64,000 nucleotides of DNA from Pseudomonadota bacterium (GCA_043797085.1 JAZDQA010000006.1:1-64000), one strand, 5' to 3'. Shown: positions 29,710-39,696, numbered from the stretch's first letter. A program made the numbers and translations. Notes: a model not told the origin generated them from the sequence alone.

Positions 29710-30510
29710 TTACTTGAAGATTTTTTGGAGACCCTTGGTGATCGCATCTGGAATCGTTGCAATTCCCATGAATTCAGTCATTGTTAAAAGTGGGTAGCTA
29801 AGGGCAATGTAATATTTTGCATTCAAGGCTTTGGCTTGTCCCCCCTCAATCAAAACAGCATAAGGTAAAATTTCACTGTTTTGTGATCCAATTTTTTTTA
29901 CAAATCCACTGGTACGTTTATCTAGTTCTAGGAAAGCGAGATAGCGATCTGCTCCTACTTGAACTACTGCCGTTGTCCCTTTTGCCGCTTTTGCTTTTGC
30001 TATCAAATCAGCAGTTGACCCAGTACCTACAACATCCATATCTTCATAATAGGGCATTCCCATCATAAAGTGATACCCCGACAGTCCTTTTACTTCACCC
30101 GCATCTTCAGAATCTTTTAAAGTACCAAATGCTTTTTTAAGAGAATTCAAGACCGCTAAACTGGCTGACTTATTGAACTCTTTTTGCATAAATGCTGCCC
30201 CAAAATAGAGAGGATTAGCAATCGAGACTTGTTTACGCTCATCATCCACCAAAATGCGTCCAACTGCATTAAATCCACGAATCTCTTTTGCAGATGCTGC
30301 TTTCATTGCCGCATTGGTATATAAAATAGTAGTTCCCGCATCAGTCGCTTTATACGTACCGACTACCTCGAAACCTGCCGTGGATAGTTTGCTTTTAGCA
30401 GTTTCAACATCAACATAACCTGCAATTTTATAGGTAGAAATCATTTCTGAAGCAAAACTGCTCAACGCAAACGCCAGTGTCCCTACAAGTAAAGTTAAAA
30501 GTTTTTTCAT
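29710..30510 (-). CDS. Periplasmic hypothetical protein
   Basis: Start reset to MKKLLTLL (AGGAG upstream); Sec signal peptide; no recognised catalytic motif. Confidence 0.75.
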   Translation of the reverse strand: MKKLLTLLVGTLAFALSSFASEMISTYKIAGYVDVETAKSKLSTAGFEVVGTYKATDAGTTILYTNAAMKAASAKEIRGFNAVGRILVDDERKQVSIANPLYFGAAFMQKEFNKSASLAVLNSLKKAFGTLKDSEDAGEVKGLSGYHFMMGMPYYEDMDVVGTGSTADLIAKAKAAKGTTAVVQVGADRYLAFLELDKRTSGFVKKIGSQNSEILPYAVLIEGGQAKALNAKYYIALSYPLLTMTEFMGIATIPDAITKGLQKIFK

Positions 30511-30720
30511 AGCTCTTTTGCTCCTCAATCTTTTATGATGTAAATAATGTCTATATCCATTTTTCAATACAACTGCTTATCCTCTAAAAAATAGTTGATA
30601 AAGTCAAGTTTCAGTAATTATAAAAGAATCTGCTGATTAAAAGCTTAATATCAAGATACTTCATTACGTTTCATTTATTAGATAAATATTCAGTCTCAAA
30701 GCCTATAAGCAATAACTCGC

Positions 30721-30726
30721 TATAAT
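30721..30726 (+). promoter_or_regulatory. -10 box (gcTATAAT) for the 30802 gene
   Basis: TATAAT about 75 nt upstream of the ATG, followed by a leader ending in AAGGA. Confidence 0.5.
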
Positions 30727-30801
30727 TCCGCTATTAAAATTGTGTCGTATAAAGCGCCGCATTCCCTCGAATTACTGAGGCCACACTCCTAAAGGACACT
30801 A

Positions 30802-31941
30802 ATGTCATCTGAAATCCAACGTAAAAACCACCGTATCCATCCATGTAACAGCGAACGTAAAAATGAGTTACTCAATTTTTTAATCTCACAACATCCAGAA
30901 AAACAAATTCTGATTGTAACCGCCAAGAATCCTCAATCTATTGAAATAGGAGACTCAAAAAATATCACCATAGTAGCGGATGATGACATGAAGGGATCCG
31001 AAAAAAATCAATACGATATTCTAATCAGCTACGACCTGCCTGAGAAAGCGATCATCTATATGACCCGTTTCGCCCATGCACGTGAAATGGCATTGGTATT
31101 ATTAGGTGCTGAAGATCAAAAAAATCTTTACGGTATCGAAACACTTTTAGGTCGTACTATTATCCAAGAAGCCGTTGCAGGATTTGAACCAAGTTTTGGA
31201 ATTGCCGTAGACAATCAGCAAAAAGCCGAAGCAAAAGCGCGACGTGATGCACGTGACGAGGAAGAAGCACTAAAAAAAGAACGATGGGCACGTAAAGATA
31301 GAGACAAGCCTAAGTTTTTAGGCAAAGATGAGAACGGCAAACCTATTTTTGAACAAAAAACACGTGAACGTAACCACTTTATCGATGGTACTCCACGTAA
31401 AGATGAAGAAAAATCAACAAAATCTCAGTATGCCAATAAACCGGTCTTTTTTGGTGATGATAAAAAGCAATTTAATAAACCTAGACCTGAGGGTGAACGA
31501 AAACCTTATGGTGACAAGCCTGCTTTTGGTGAAAAGAAACCGTATGGAGATAAAAAACCTTATGGGGATAAGCCAGCCTTTGGTGAAAAGAAACCGTACG
31601 GGGATAAAAAACCTTATGAGGATAAGCCAGCCTTTGGTGACAAAAAACCTTATGGAGATAAAAAACCTTATGGGGATAAGCCTGCTTTCGGTGAGAAAAA
31701 ACCGTATGGAGACAAGAAACCTTTCGGTGACAAAAAACCATATGGGGATAAGCCAGCCTTTGGTGAGAAAAAACCATTTGGAGAAAAGAAACCGTATGGA
31801 GACAAGAAACCTTATGATTCATCTTCAAGCAACCGTAGACCTGATTACGCTAAACCTGCACATTCAGAATCTACTCTGCCAAAGCGTGCTCCACGTCGCA
31901 TAAATGTCAAATCACTCAAACCATCTGAAGATAAGCAATAG
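30802..31941 (+). CDS. Degenerate DEAD-box (RhlE-like) C-terminal domain with a long Lys/Pro/Gly/aromatic repeat tail
   Basis: RKNELLNFLI...KQILIV, LISYDLP, IETLLGRTI...GFEP align by eye with the second RecA domain of RhlE-type helicases; no DEAD domain. Confidence 0.65.
   Translation: MSSEIQRKNHRIHPCNSERKNELLNFLISQHPEKQILIVTAKNPQSIEIGDSKNITIVADDDMKGSEKNQYDILISYDLPEKAIIYMTRFAHAREMALVLLGAEDQKNLYGIETLLGRTIIQEAVAGFEPSFGIAVDNQQKAEAKARRDARDEEEALKKERWARKDRDKPKFLGKDENGKPIFEQKTRERNHFIDGTPRKDEEKSTKSQYANKPVFFGDDKKQFNKPRPEGERKPYGDKPAFGEKKPYGDKKPYGDKPAFGEKKPYGDKKPYEDKPAFGDKKPYGDKKPYGDKPAFGEKKPYGDKKPFGDKKPYGDKPAFGEKKPFGEKKPYGDKKPYDSSSSNRRPDYAKPAHSESTLPKRAPRRINVKSLKPSEDKQ
31498..31821 (+). repeat. Intragenic tandem repeat: 18 x 18 bp units (KKPYGD / KPAFGE), partly in 54-bp higher-order blocks
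   Basis: Counted directly from the translation and visible in the DNA (aaaccttatgg..gataagccagcctttggtga). Confidence 0.95.
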
Positions 31942-31954
31942 GTTTTTAACCTAT
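31938..31954 (+). terminator. Short hairpin between convergent genes
   Basis: ATAGGTT-TTT-AACCTAT. Confidence 0.4.
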
Positions 31955-32001
31955 CGTGTCTTCCATTTTTACACTCATCATTTTATCTTCAACCACAAAA
32001 A

Positions 32002-33339
32002 CTATCTTTTCATAGAAACTTCAATCAGCTTTTGATGACTGTATCTCCATGTCACTAAAGCTGAAAAAGTCACAATCATAGCAATACCAATCCATATCCA
32101 AATCACCCCTAAACCTAAAAAAGACAAAAGGCTCAACACGACGATAGGTGCTGCTATTTGTCTAAAAATAGAGATATAAAAAATAAAACCGGGTCGCTCA
32201 ATTCCTTGAAGCAGCGCCAAATACACAAATATAATAACAAATGAAAAAAGTATAAATGCTTCTACACGTAAATAGCGAGCGCCCTCTTCTATAACTTTTA
32301 AATCCTCGCTAAAGAAGCGCATAAATGTCTCAGCCCCCACAAGCAGTAAAACCATACCGACCAATGAAAGTATCCCTCCGTAATAAAGAGATATTTTTAA
32401 CGTTTCTTTAATACGTTCAAACTGCTTTGCTCCATTATTTTGCGAAACAATCGCAAGAACTGCCACATTCAAACCGATTATAGGCATGAGAATAATTTGC
32501 TCAATCCGCATTCCTATCCCGTATGCAGCTATGACTTCCTGACCGTAAGAAGAAGCAAAATAGGTGACAATAAAAATACCTGTTGCCATCATAACCATGT
32601 TCACACTTGGTGGAAAGCCCTGCATTATAAATTTTTTAAAGATTAATTTATCCACTGAAAACTCTCTGTAGTTCTTAAGAAGAGAAGTTTTTTGCAGTTT
32701 ATAAAATAGGTATACAACCGTAACAAACTCAGTAATCACAGTTGCAAACGCAATTCCGCTCACCCCATGAGGGCTTAGTCCTAATCCTCCTGTGACAAAC
32801 CAATAATCCAAAAGAACATTTAGCACAGAAGAAACGATCAGTACATTTCTAAATGAAGCCGTATCACCTACCGCATTTAAGAGTGCATTGATAAAAAAGC
32901 TAGCAACGAAAAAGACAGACGCATACAAAATGACATTAATATACGCTAAGGAGTCTTGTAAATATACTCCCTTAGCACCCAATAACATCATCAAATAAGG
33001 TGTAGAGATAACCCCAATAATGGTTAAAATAAAAGAAAGAAAAAGTCCAAACAACAATGCATTCAGTGCAATATGAGACGCCTGTTCTCTATTCCCTCTC
33101 CCCAAAGCATTCCCCACTAAAGCCGTGACTGCTTCACTCATTCCTACGGCAATAGCAATCATCATAAAAAAAATGGAAAAGGACAAGGTCAGGGCTGATA
33201 GTGCCTGCGTCGATATCAATCCTGCAAAATACGTATCTGTTACGTTGTACATCGTATGAAAGAAAAAGCCGACACTAGCAGGAATAGCCAGCTTTTTTAT
33301 CTGGACTTTTATATCACCTTGAGTTAAATCTAAGTGCAT
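32002..33339 (-). CDS. MATE-family efflux transporter
   Basis: DLTQG..KKLAIPA, MYNVTDTYFAG, GIAFAT, about 12 hydrophobic segments. Confidence 0.93.
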   Translation of the reverse strand: MHLDLTQGDIKVQIKKLAIPASVGFFFHTMYNVTDTYFAGLISTQALSALTLSFSIFFMMIAIAVGMSEAVTALVGNALGRGNREQASHIALNALLFGLFLSFILTIIGVISTPYLMMLLGAKGVYLQDSLAYINVILYASVFFVASFFINALLNAVGDTASFRNVLIVSSVLNVLLDYWFVTGGLGLSPHGVSGIAFATVITEFVTVVYLFYKLQKTSLLKNYREFSVDKLIFKKFIMQGFPPSVNMVMMATGIFIVTYFASSYGQEVIAAYGIGMRIEQIILMPIIGLNVAVLAIVSQNNGAKQFERIKETLKISLYYGGILSLVGMVLLLVGAETFMRFFSEDLKVIEEGARYLRVEAFILFSFVIIFVYLALLQGIERPGFIFYISIFRQIAAPIVVLSLLSFLGLGVIWIWIGIAMIVTFSALVTWRYSHQKLIEVSMKR

Positions 33340-33343
33340 TTAA

Positions 33344-34963
33344 TTAAACGATTAACGCTTTTTTGATTTCTAACCGGTCGTACATCTTCAACATATTGTG
33401 ATAATCTTGATGCAGGGTAACATCGATTAAAAATTCATCCCCTTCTAAAATCCGTAAGGCACTCTCAACGCGCTCTTTTCCATAAACATTAAACAATGCC
33501 TCTTCATACTCTTCCCACACACATTCTGCTTCACCCATACGAATCAGTTCTGCTACGATGTGACCCATCTTATTGGTTCCAAATTCAAGTAACGAGAGAG
33601 CTTCATCTGTATTACCGAGTAAAAGATGAACTTGAGCTTTGAATTCTTGCATCGTAAAATTATGCTTAAAAATGACTCCAATATATTTTTCGACATTCAG
33701 CGTTTCTTCGAGAGATTCAATATTATCTAATATCTCTTCTCCGTCAAACTCTTCAAAATTCAAGATCATCTCTCGAATCCATTTGCCGTTGTTTTTGTTA
33801 TTAAAACTCATATCCTCTATCGGATACACTTCCGAAACACTGGGAACAATCATCTGACATGAATAGAATCCCAAATAGCTGTATTCACGCAAATACATCT
33901 CTTTATTCATATTTTTTAATATTGAAAGAAGGAACTCAAATTCTGCTTCATTTCCTGTACCCTCATAGCTCCACGGTGCATACTCGAAACTCTTTTTAGA
34001 ACTCAAAAATCCAAATCCGAGCTTACCGTTGGAATCAATAAAATGGGATTCGAGATTAAAACTGTCCGAGACAAGCGACATATCAAAAGTTGGAGACTCA
34101 AACGCATCGAGATTCTCCAATCCGCGTCCTTGCATCAGTTCCGTCATAGTACGTTCCAATGATACTTGTAAAATCGGATGGGCACCAAAAGAGACAAACA
34201 AGGTTGAATTATCCGGATTGATCAATGAAATAGCGGTAACAGGGAATTGTCCTCCCAACGATGCATCGAGGACTTCCACAATGTAGCCAAGCTTTCGTAA
34301 AGCAACAACGTCACTGTAAACTCTTTCGTACGATTGAAGGATATCATCCGGATATTTTGGGAGAGCATAGCCATTTTTTATAATCTCGATCTTGGCATAT
34401 CGCTCGAAAATCTCACTCAACGCCTGCACTTGCGCTTCAAGAGGAGTGTTGCCCGTAGCCAGACCATTACTCACATATAGATTACTAAGAATATTGAGTG
34501 GGACATAAACTTTTTCACTCGTAGAGTGCCGAATAAATGGCAATGCAACCACCTTATCCTCATAATCACTGTTGTAATCAACCCAATCCTCATCAGTTAA
34601 CTCATTATTAGGATTGTATATTGCGCGTAACTCTTCATTTAAAAATTCACCGCCAAACTCAAACGCCACCTCATCAGGATAATATTTTCTCTCAGGAAGA
34701 TAAAAATCGATAAAAAAGTTATTGGTTTGCAATCGCTCGATGTATTCACCTAATGCACTTGCTTTTGAGGCATCGGAAACAATCCCTTTGCCATTTGAAT
34801 AAATATGACGCGGAGCTTCGATGGATGCCAGATTGACAGAATAACAGTATTCCAATGGATGTTTTTCATCTGAGAATGTTGCCTCACATCCAACATCGGT
34901 TAAAACCGCTTCCATTTTCTTGATTGACTCTTCGAGAGGTGAGCTTTTAGATAAAAGATTCAT
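33344..34963 (-). CDS. ycaO: YcaO-family protein, E. coli YcaO-like stand-alone type
   Basis: SNGKG...ASALGEYIERL, SNGLATGNT, LSEIFER, DASLGGQFPV, FGAHP, LERTMTELMQGR. Confidence 0.9.
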   Translation of the reverse strand: MNLLSKSSPLEESIKKMEAVLTDVGCEATFSDEKHPLEYCYSVNLASIEAPRHIYSNGKGIVSDASKASALGEYIERLQTNNFFIDFYLPERKYYPDEVAFEFGGEFLNEELRAIYNPNNELTDEDWVDYNSDYEDKVVALPFIRHSTSEKVYVPLNILSNLYVSNGLATGNTPLEAQVQALSEIFERYAKIEIIKNGYALPKYPDDILQSYERVYSDVVALRKLGYIVEVLDASLGGQFPVTAISLINPDNSTLFVSFGAHPILQVSLERTMTELMQGRGLENLDAFESPTFDMSLVSDSFNLESHFIDSNGKLGFGFLSSKKSFEYAPWSYEGTGNEAEFEFLLSILKNMNKEMYLREYSYLGFYSCQMIVPSVSEVYPIEDMSFNNKNNGKWIREMILNFEEFDGEEILDNIESLEETLNVEKYIGVIFKHNFTMQEFKAQVHLLLGNTDEALSLLEFGTNKMGHIVAELIRMGEAECVWEEYEEALFNVYGKERVESALRILEGDEFLIDVTLHQDYHNMLKMYDRLEIKKALIV

Positions 34964-35009
34964 ACTATTTCACTTTCTTATTTAATAAATGGAGTATATC
35001 CAAATAGGT

Positions 35010-37412
35010 TTATTTCTCCATTTCAGTTTCCAACTCCGAAACGACCTTCCACATTTTTAACAGCGAATCGGGATTGAGCGAAATCGAATCAATCCCCTCT
35101 TGAACTAAAAAACGAGTTATTTCAGGATAATCCGATGGAGCTTGTCCACAAATACCGATGTATTTTCCCCGCTCTTTACACGCACGAATCGCCATACTAA
35201 GCATTCGTGTGACCGCAGGATTTCGTTCATCAAACACCGAGGAGACTAATGCGCTGTCACGATCGACTCCGAGAATAAGCTGAGTAAGGTCGTTGGAGCC
35301 GATACTGTATCCGTCAAATATTTCTAAAAATTGATCTGCGAGGATAACATTTGCAGGGATTTCACACATCGCGTACACTTCCAGTCCATTCTCCCCCTGC
35401 ACCAAACCTACTTCGTTCATCACTGCAATTGCCTTACGAGCCTCATCCGGTGTACGCACAAATGGGAGCATCACTTTGACGTTCGTAAGCCCCATCTCAT
35501 CACGCACTTTCTTCAACGCTTCACACTCCCACATAAACGCTTCTTTGTAGTTGGGAGAATAGTAACGGCTCGCACCCCGAAAACCGATCATCGGATTCTC
35601 TTCGACCTCTTCGTATGCTTTTCCGCCAATCATATGTCGGTACTCATTCGATTTAAAATCACTGGTGCGGACAATTACAGGTCGAGGATAAAACGCTGCG
35701 GCAATCATCCCTACTCCCTCAGAGACCTTGTCGATAAAAAATGCTTTTGGATCATCATATCCCAACATCGCAGCTTTTACCGCCGTACGTTCTTGAATCG
35801 TTTTGCCCTGTGAGAATTCCACTAAAGCCATCGGATGGGCATTAATGTAATGAGAGATGATAAACTCCATCCGTGCCAGCCCTACACCGTCATTAGGAAG
35901 CTTAGCCACTTTAAACGCACTATCAGGATTACCGACGTTCATGTAGAGTTTTGTGCTTGTTGGGGTGACATTTCCCAACTCGATGTGATTGACTTCGTAT
36001 TCCAGTAATCCTGCATAAATACGACCGCTCTCTCCATCGGCGCAGCTCACTGTCACCTCCTGTCCATCGTTCAGCACTTGGGTCGCATTCACTGTCCCTA
36101 CAATCGCCGGAACACCGATTTCCCGAGCTACAATCGCCGCATGACACGTTCGTCCACCTCGGTTGGTAATGACTGCAGAGGCTTTTTTCATGATCGGTTC
36201 CCAGTCCGGATCAGTGATGTCGGCAACAAGGACATCTCCTGCTACGAAATTTTCCCCCTCATGAGGAGAATGGATGATCTTAACCCGACCAGAACCGATT
36301 TTTTCACCGATTGCTTTACCGCTGAGAAGAATTTTTAACTCTGTGCCCTCTTTTAGTGAATATTGCTCGAAGCTGTTATCCCCCATCTTACGGCTTTGTA
36401 CCGTTTCGGGACGGGCTTGGACGATGTAGAGTTCTCCATCTTGTCCGTCTTTTGCCCATTCTATATCCATCGGACGGTAGGTTCCTGCATTTTTGGTGTA
36501 ATGCTCTTCGATAAGAAGCCCATAGCGAGCCAACGTCGCCACCTCTTTATCCGAAATCGAAAAGCGGTTTTGAAGGGCTTTAGGAGTAGCGAGATTGATC
36601 GTAGTGTGCCGTTCATCGTACGTCATCGTGAGCGCTTTGGAACCGATTTGACGTTTAAGAATGGATATTTTTCCCTCTTTAAGCGTTGGCTTAAACACAT
36701 AAAACTCATCAGGATTCACTCTCCCGCCGACGATATTTTCCCCTAATCCCCATATTGAATTAATTAATATCAAATTTTCTGAACCGTTTTCAGTGTCAAT
36801 CGTAAACATTACCCCGCTGCTGGCAAGATCACTGCGTACCATTTTTTGGACCCCAACCGAAAGAGCAACAGCAAAATGATCATAGTTACGACTGTTCCGA
36901 TAACTGATAGCCCGATTAGTAAAAAGAGACGCAAAACAACGCCTTACATACTCTATGAGCATCACTTCACCGCGAACATTTAGATAGCTTTCCTGCTGTC
37001 CTGCGAAACTCGCATCGGGCAAATCTTCTGCTGTAGCCGAAGAGCGTACTGCTACATCTACCGATGCCATACCATACTCCTGCTCCATCGCTCGATAAGC
37101 ATCTATTATTTCTACTTTTAACGCTTCAGGTATTTCTCCTGAGAGTATCAACATTCGTATTGCTTCACCACAAGCATTAAGTGCTTCAATGTTGGTCAAA
37201 TCAACGTCTGCAAAGAAATGACGAATTTTTGGCTCGAAATTATTGTGCTCGATGAATGCACGATACGCATCCGCCGTTACAGCAAATCCTTCAGGAACTT
37301 TTACCCCCAACACTTTGAGAGAGCCTATCATTTCACCTAATGAGGCATTTTTACCACCCACCAAAGCCAGATCAGCTAATCCAAGAGAATCAAATCGACG
37401 AATATAGTGCAT
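35010..37412 (-). CDS. ppsA: Phosphoenolpyruvate synthase
   Basis: VGGKNASLGEM, VAVRSSATAEDLPDASFAGQQE, GGRTCHAAI, EENPMIGFRGA, SIGSNDLTQ, GICGQAPSD; start MHYIRRF. Confidence 0.97.
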   Translation of the reverse strand: MHYIRRFDSLGLADLALVGGKNASLGEMIGSLKVLGVKVPEGFAVTADAYRAFIEHNNFEPKIRHFFADVDLTNIEALNACGEAIRMLILSGEIPEALKVEIIDAYRAMEQEYGMASVDVAVRSSATAEDLPDASFAGQQESYLNVRGEVMLIEYVRRCFASLFTNRAISYRNSRNYDHFAVALSVGVQKMVRSDLASSGVMFTIDTENGSENLILINSIWGLGENIVGGRVNPDEFYVFKPTLKEGKISILKRQIGSKALTMTYDERHTTINLATPKALQNRFSISDKEVATLARYGLLIEEHYTKNAGTYRPMDIEWAKDGQDGELYIVQARPETVQSRKMGDNSFEQYSLKEGTELKILLSGKAIGEKIGSGRVKIIHSPHEGENFVAGDVLVADITDPDWEPIMKKASAVITNRGGRTCHAAIVAREIGVPAIVGTVNATQVLNDGQEVTVSCADGESGRIYAGLLEYEVNHIELGNVTPTSTKLYMNVGNPDSAFKVAKLPNDGVGLARMEFIISHYINAHPMALVEFSQGKTIQERTAVKAAMLGYDDPKAFFIDKVSEGVGMIAAAFYPRPVIVRTSDFKSNEYRHMIGGKAYEEVEENPMIGFRGASRYYSPNYKEAFMWECEALKKVRDEMGLTNVKVMLPFVRTPDEARKAIAVMNEVGLVQGENGLEVYAMCEIPANVILADQFLEIFDGYSIGSNDLTQLILGVDRDSALVSSVFDERNPAVTRMLSMAIRACKERGKYIGICGQAPSDYPEITRFLVQEGIDSISLNPDSLLKMWKVVSELETEMEK

Positions 37413-37517
37413 ACACTCTCCTTTTTCTTCTTGTACTTTATTAAAATAAGAATAGCACGAATTAGGCAATAACGATACGATTTATGCTATATTTGCATAA
37501 AAACTTATGGGTGAATC

Positions 37518-38102
37518 ATGGCTATTATCTCTATCGCATCTACCAAAGGGGGAGTGGGTAAAACTTCTCTTGCTTTTTCACTCGCCAAAGACCTAGGCTA
37601 TCGCTACGCAACCAACGATATGTCCGTCGTTCTCAACAAATATAAAAACGCCCGATATTACCCTAAAAAGATACCCCTTTACCCTGATACAGTCTACGAT
37701 TTCGGAGGATTTGATGCTGATCATGTCGATGAGATTTTACGTAACTCAGACATCATCCTTGTTCCCACAACGAATGATTTAAACTCCATCATGAAAAGCT
37801 TGATTTTTATCAAAAATTACAAAGAAAAAACCATTCTCGTGTTTGCCAACATGATCGATAATCCCAATGATGCCACCGTCATAAAAGCAAAAATTCATGA
37901 ACATTTTCCTAATCTCGCCTTCACCTACCTGCGACGTACCAAACTGCTTAAAAATGCTTTAGAATCAGGAATGAGCGCTACCCAACTGTATGAATCGAGC
38001 AAACAAAACCAGCACGTCTACAAACAAGCATTTAGTGAATACAGCAAAATACTCAAGCTCTTTACAACTGATGGACACTATTTTAGTGCACCCCAATCAT
38101 GA
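37518..38102 (+). CDS. Short orphan ParA/MinD-like ATPase
   Basis: Deviant Walker A KGGVGKTS, VYDFGG, SDIILVPT. Confidence 0.8.
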   Translation: MAIISIASTKGGVGKTSLAFSLAKDLGYRYATNDMSVVLNKYKNARYYPKKIPLYPDTVYDFGGFDADHVDEILRNSDIILVPTTNDLNSIMKSLIFIKNYKEKTILVFANMIDNPNDATVIKAKIHEHFPNLAFTYLRRTKLLKNALESGMSATQLYESSKQNQHVYKQAFSEYSKILKLFTTDGHYFSAPQS

Positions 38103-39616
38103 GCACTATTCTCTTAACTACCCTCAACGCTCGCTACGCCCACAGCGCACTGGGACTTCGATATCTCTACGCTAACTTGCATGAGCTCCAAAACGATACA
38201 AAAATAGTCGAATTTACTATCAATGAGCAAATCCAAACCATCGCCGAAGATATTCTAAAACATAGTCCTAAAATCATCGGAATAAGCGTCTACATTTGGA
38301 ATGCTTCCCAAACTGCAGAACTTATAGAAATCATTAAAAAAGTAGCTCCTGATACCGTTATCGTTCTCGGAGGTCCAGAGGCTGGATACACTCCTCATCG
38401 TGTTGATTTTAGCCGTGCTGATTATATCATTAGCGGTGAAGGCGAAGTGGCATTTTATGAATTATGTAAGGAGATATTGAATCCCACTCACGGCGAACGG
38501 ATAGTGCGAACGGGAGCTGAGTTTATCAAAGCCACCATGCCTGATCTAAAAGCTATTACTCTCCCCTACCGTGCCTACAGTGATGAAGACGTAGCGAACC
38601 GAACCATCTACGTCGAAGCTTCACGCGGATGTCCATTTGAGTGCGAATTTTGCCTCTCATCTATGGATGAAAAGGTACGAAACTTTCCACTAGATGAACT
38701 CATCGAAGAATTTGAGATACTCTGGCAGCGTGGTGCGCGAAGTTTTAAATTCATCGACCGCACCTTTAATCTCAATATGACGTTTGCTAATCGTCTTTTG
38801 GACTTTTTCCTCTCTAAAGAGCCCCCTTATTTTGCCCATTTTGAAGTGATTCCCGATCATTTCCCCGACGTTCTAAAAGCCAAAATTTCTCTTTTTCCTG
38901 AGGGCTCATTGCAACTTGAAATCGGTATCCAGACCTTAGACCCCATTATCGCAAAAGGTATCAACCGTCCGCTTCGACTGGAAAAAATATTTGAAAATCT
39001 TCAGTTTTTAGAAAATGAAACAAAAGCACACATGCACCTTGATCTCATCGTCGGACTTCCGGGAGAAACACTGGCAGGATTTGGGCGCAATCTCGATAAG
39101 CTTGTTTCCCTTACCCATAGTGAAATCCAAATCGGGATCCTCAAAAACCTCTCAGGAACAACACTATCACGCCACGATAAAGAGCATGGAATGATTTACA
39201 GTGATACACCGCCGTATGACATTCTCCAAAACAACAATCTAAGTTTTGAACAAATTCAGAAAATGAAACGGTTCGCTCGCTTTTGGGATATTTTTTACAA
39301 CAGCGGAAGTTTTGAGAATACGGTGAAGTTGCTATGGGATAAGGAAAGTGTATTTAACTCATTTTACGCCTTCAGCAAATGGATTTATACCCAAACCCTC
39401 TCTACATGGAAAATATCCCTAGATCGCCAAATAACACTCATCTATGACTATCTTATTCTAAGTCATGATAAAGAATTAGTAGAAAAAGCACTCACTGAAG
39501 ATATGAGTAAACGACCAGAAAAAACAATCCCTTTTTTCCTACGACAAAAAACATTGGAAAATAAAAATAAAAGTGAAAAAAGCATAACGCCAAAACGGCA
39601 GGCAAATCGGATTTGA
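38099..39616 (+). CDS. B12-binding radical SAM protein (DUF4080-type C-terminus)
   Basis: LNARYAHSALGLRYL, SVYIWN, LGGPE, SRGCPFECEFC, FIDRTFN, YNSG.F. Confidence 0.92.
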   Translation: MSTILLTTLNARYAHSALGLRYLYANLHELQNDTKIVEFTINEQIQTIAEDILKHSPKIIGISVYIWNASQTAELIEIIKKVAPDTVIVLGGPEAGYTPHRVDFSRADYIISGEGEVAFYELCKEILNPTHGERIVRTGAEFIKATMPDLKAITLPYRAYSDEDVANRTIYVEASRGCPFECEFCLSSMDEKVRNFPLDELIEEFEILWQRGARSFKFIDRTFNLNMTFANRLLDFFLSKEPPYFAHFEVIPDHFPDVLKAKISLFPEGSLQLEIGIQTLDPIIAKGINRPLRLEKIFENLQFLENETKAHMHLDLIVGLPGETLAGFGRNLDKLVSLTHSEIQIGILKNLSGTTLSRHDKEHGMIYSDTPPYDILQNNNLSFEQIQKMKRFARFWDIFYNSGSFENTVKLLWDKESVFNSFYAFSKWIYTQTLSTWKISLDRQITLIYDYLILSHDKELVEKALTEDMSKRPEKTIPFFLRQKTLENKNKSEKSITPKRQANRI

Positions 39617-39629
39617 AATAAAGGTAGGT

Positions 39630-39654
39630 GCGCTAGAGTGACGAATTCTAGCGC
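39630..39654. terminator. Hairpin between the convergent radical SAM and porin genes
   Basis: GCGCTAGA-GTGACGAAT-TCTAGCGC. Confidence 0.6.
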
Positions 39655-39680
39655 GGTAGTTTTATATAAGGAGAATCGAA

Positions 39681-39696
39681 AGGGCCCGAAGGCCCT
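39681..39696 (-). terminator. UUCG-loop hairpin 3' of the porin gene
   Basis: Minus strand AGGGCC-TTCG-GGCCCT followed by TTCGATT. Confidence 0.65.

Noticed and set aside
31498..31821. Possible CRISPR array
   Set aside because: Contiguous in-frame 18-bp coding repeats with no unique spacers and no cas genes.
31328..31903. Alternative-frame ORFs 31328-31903 (+) and 31481-31828 (-)
   Set aside because: They stay open only because of the stop-poor tandem repeat; no RBS.
23713..39616. RiPP cluster idea: YcaO + MATE + B12 radical SAM + transglutaminase + ABC exporter, with the repeat protein as a multi-core precursor
   Set aside because: The genes are scattered on both strands and split by ppsA and others. 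YcaO resembles the stand-alone E. coli type with no E1/TfuA partner or precursor peptide, and the repeats look like a helicase-type tail.
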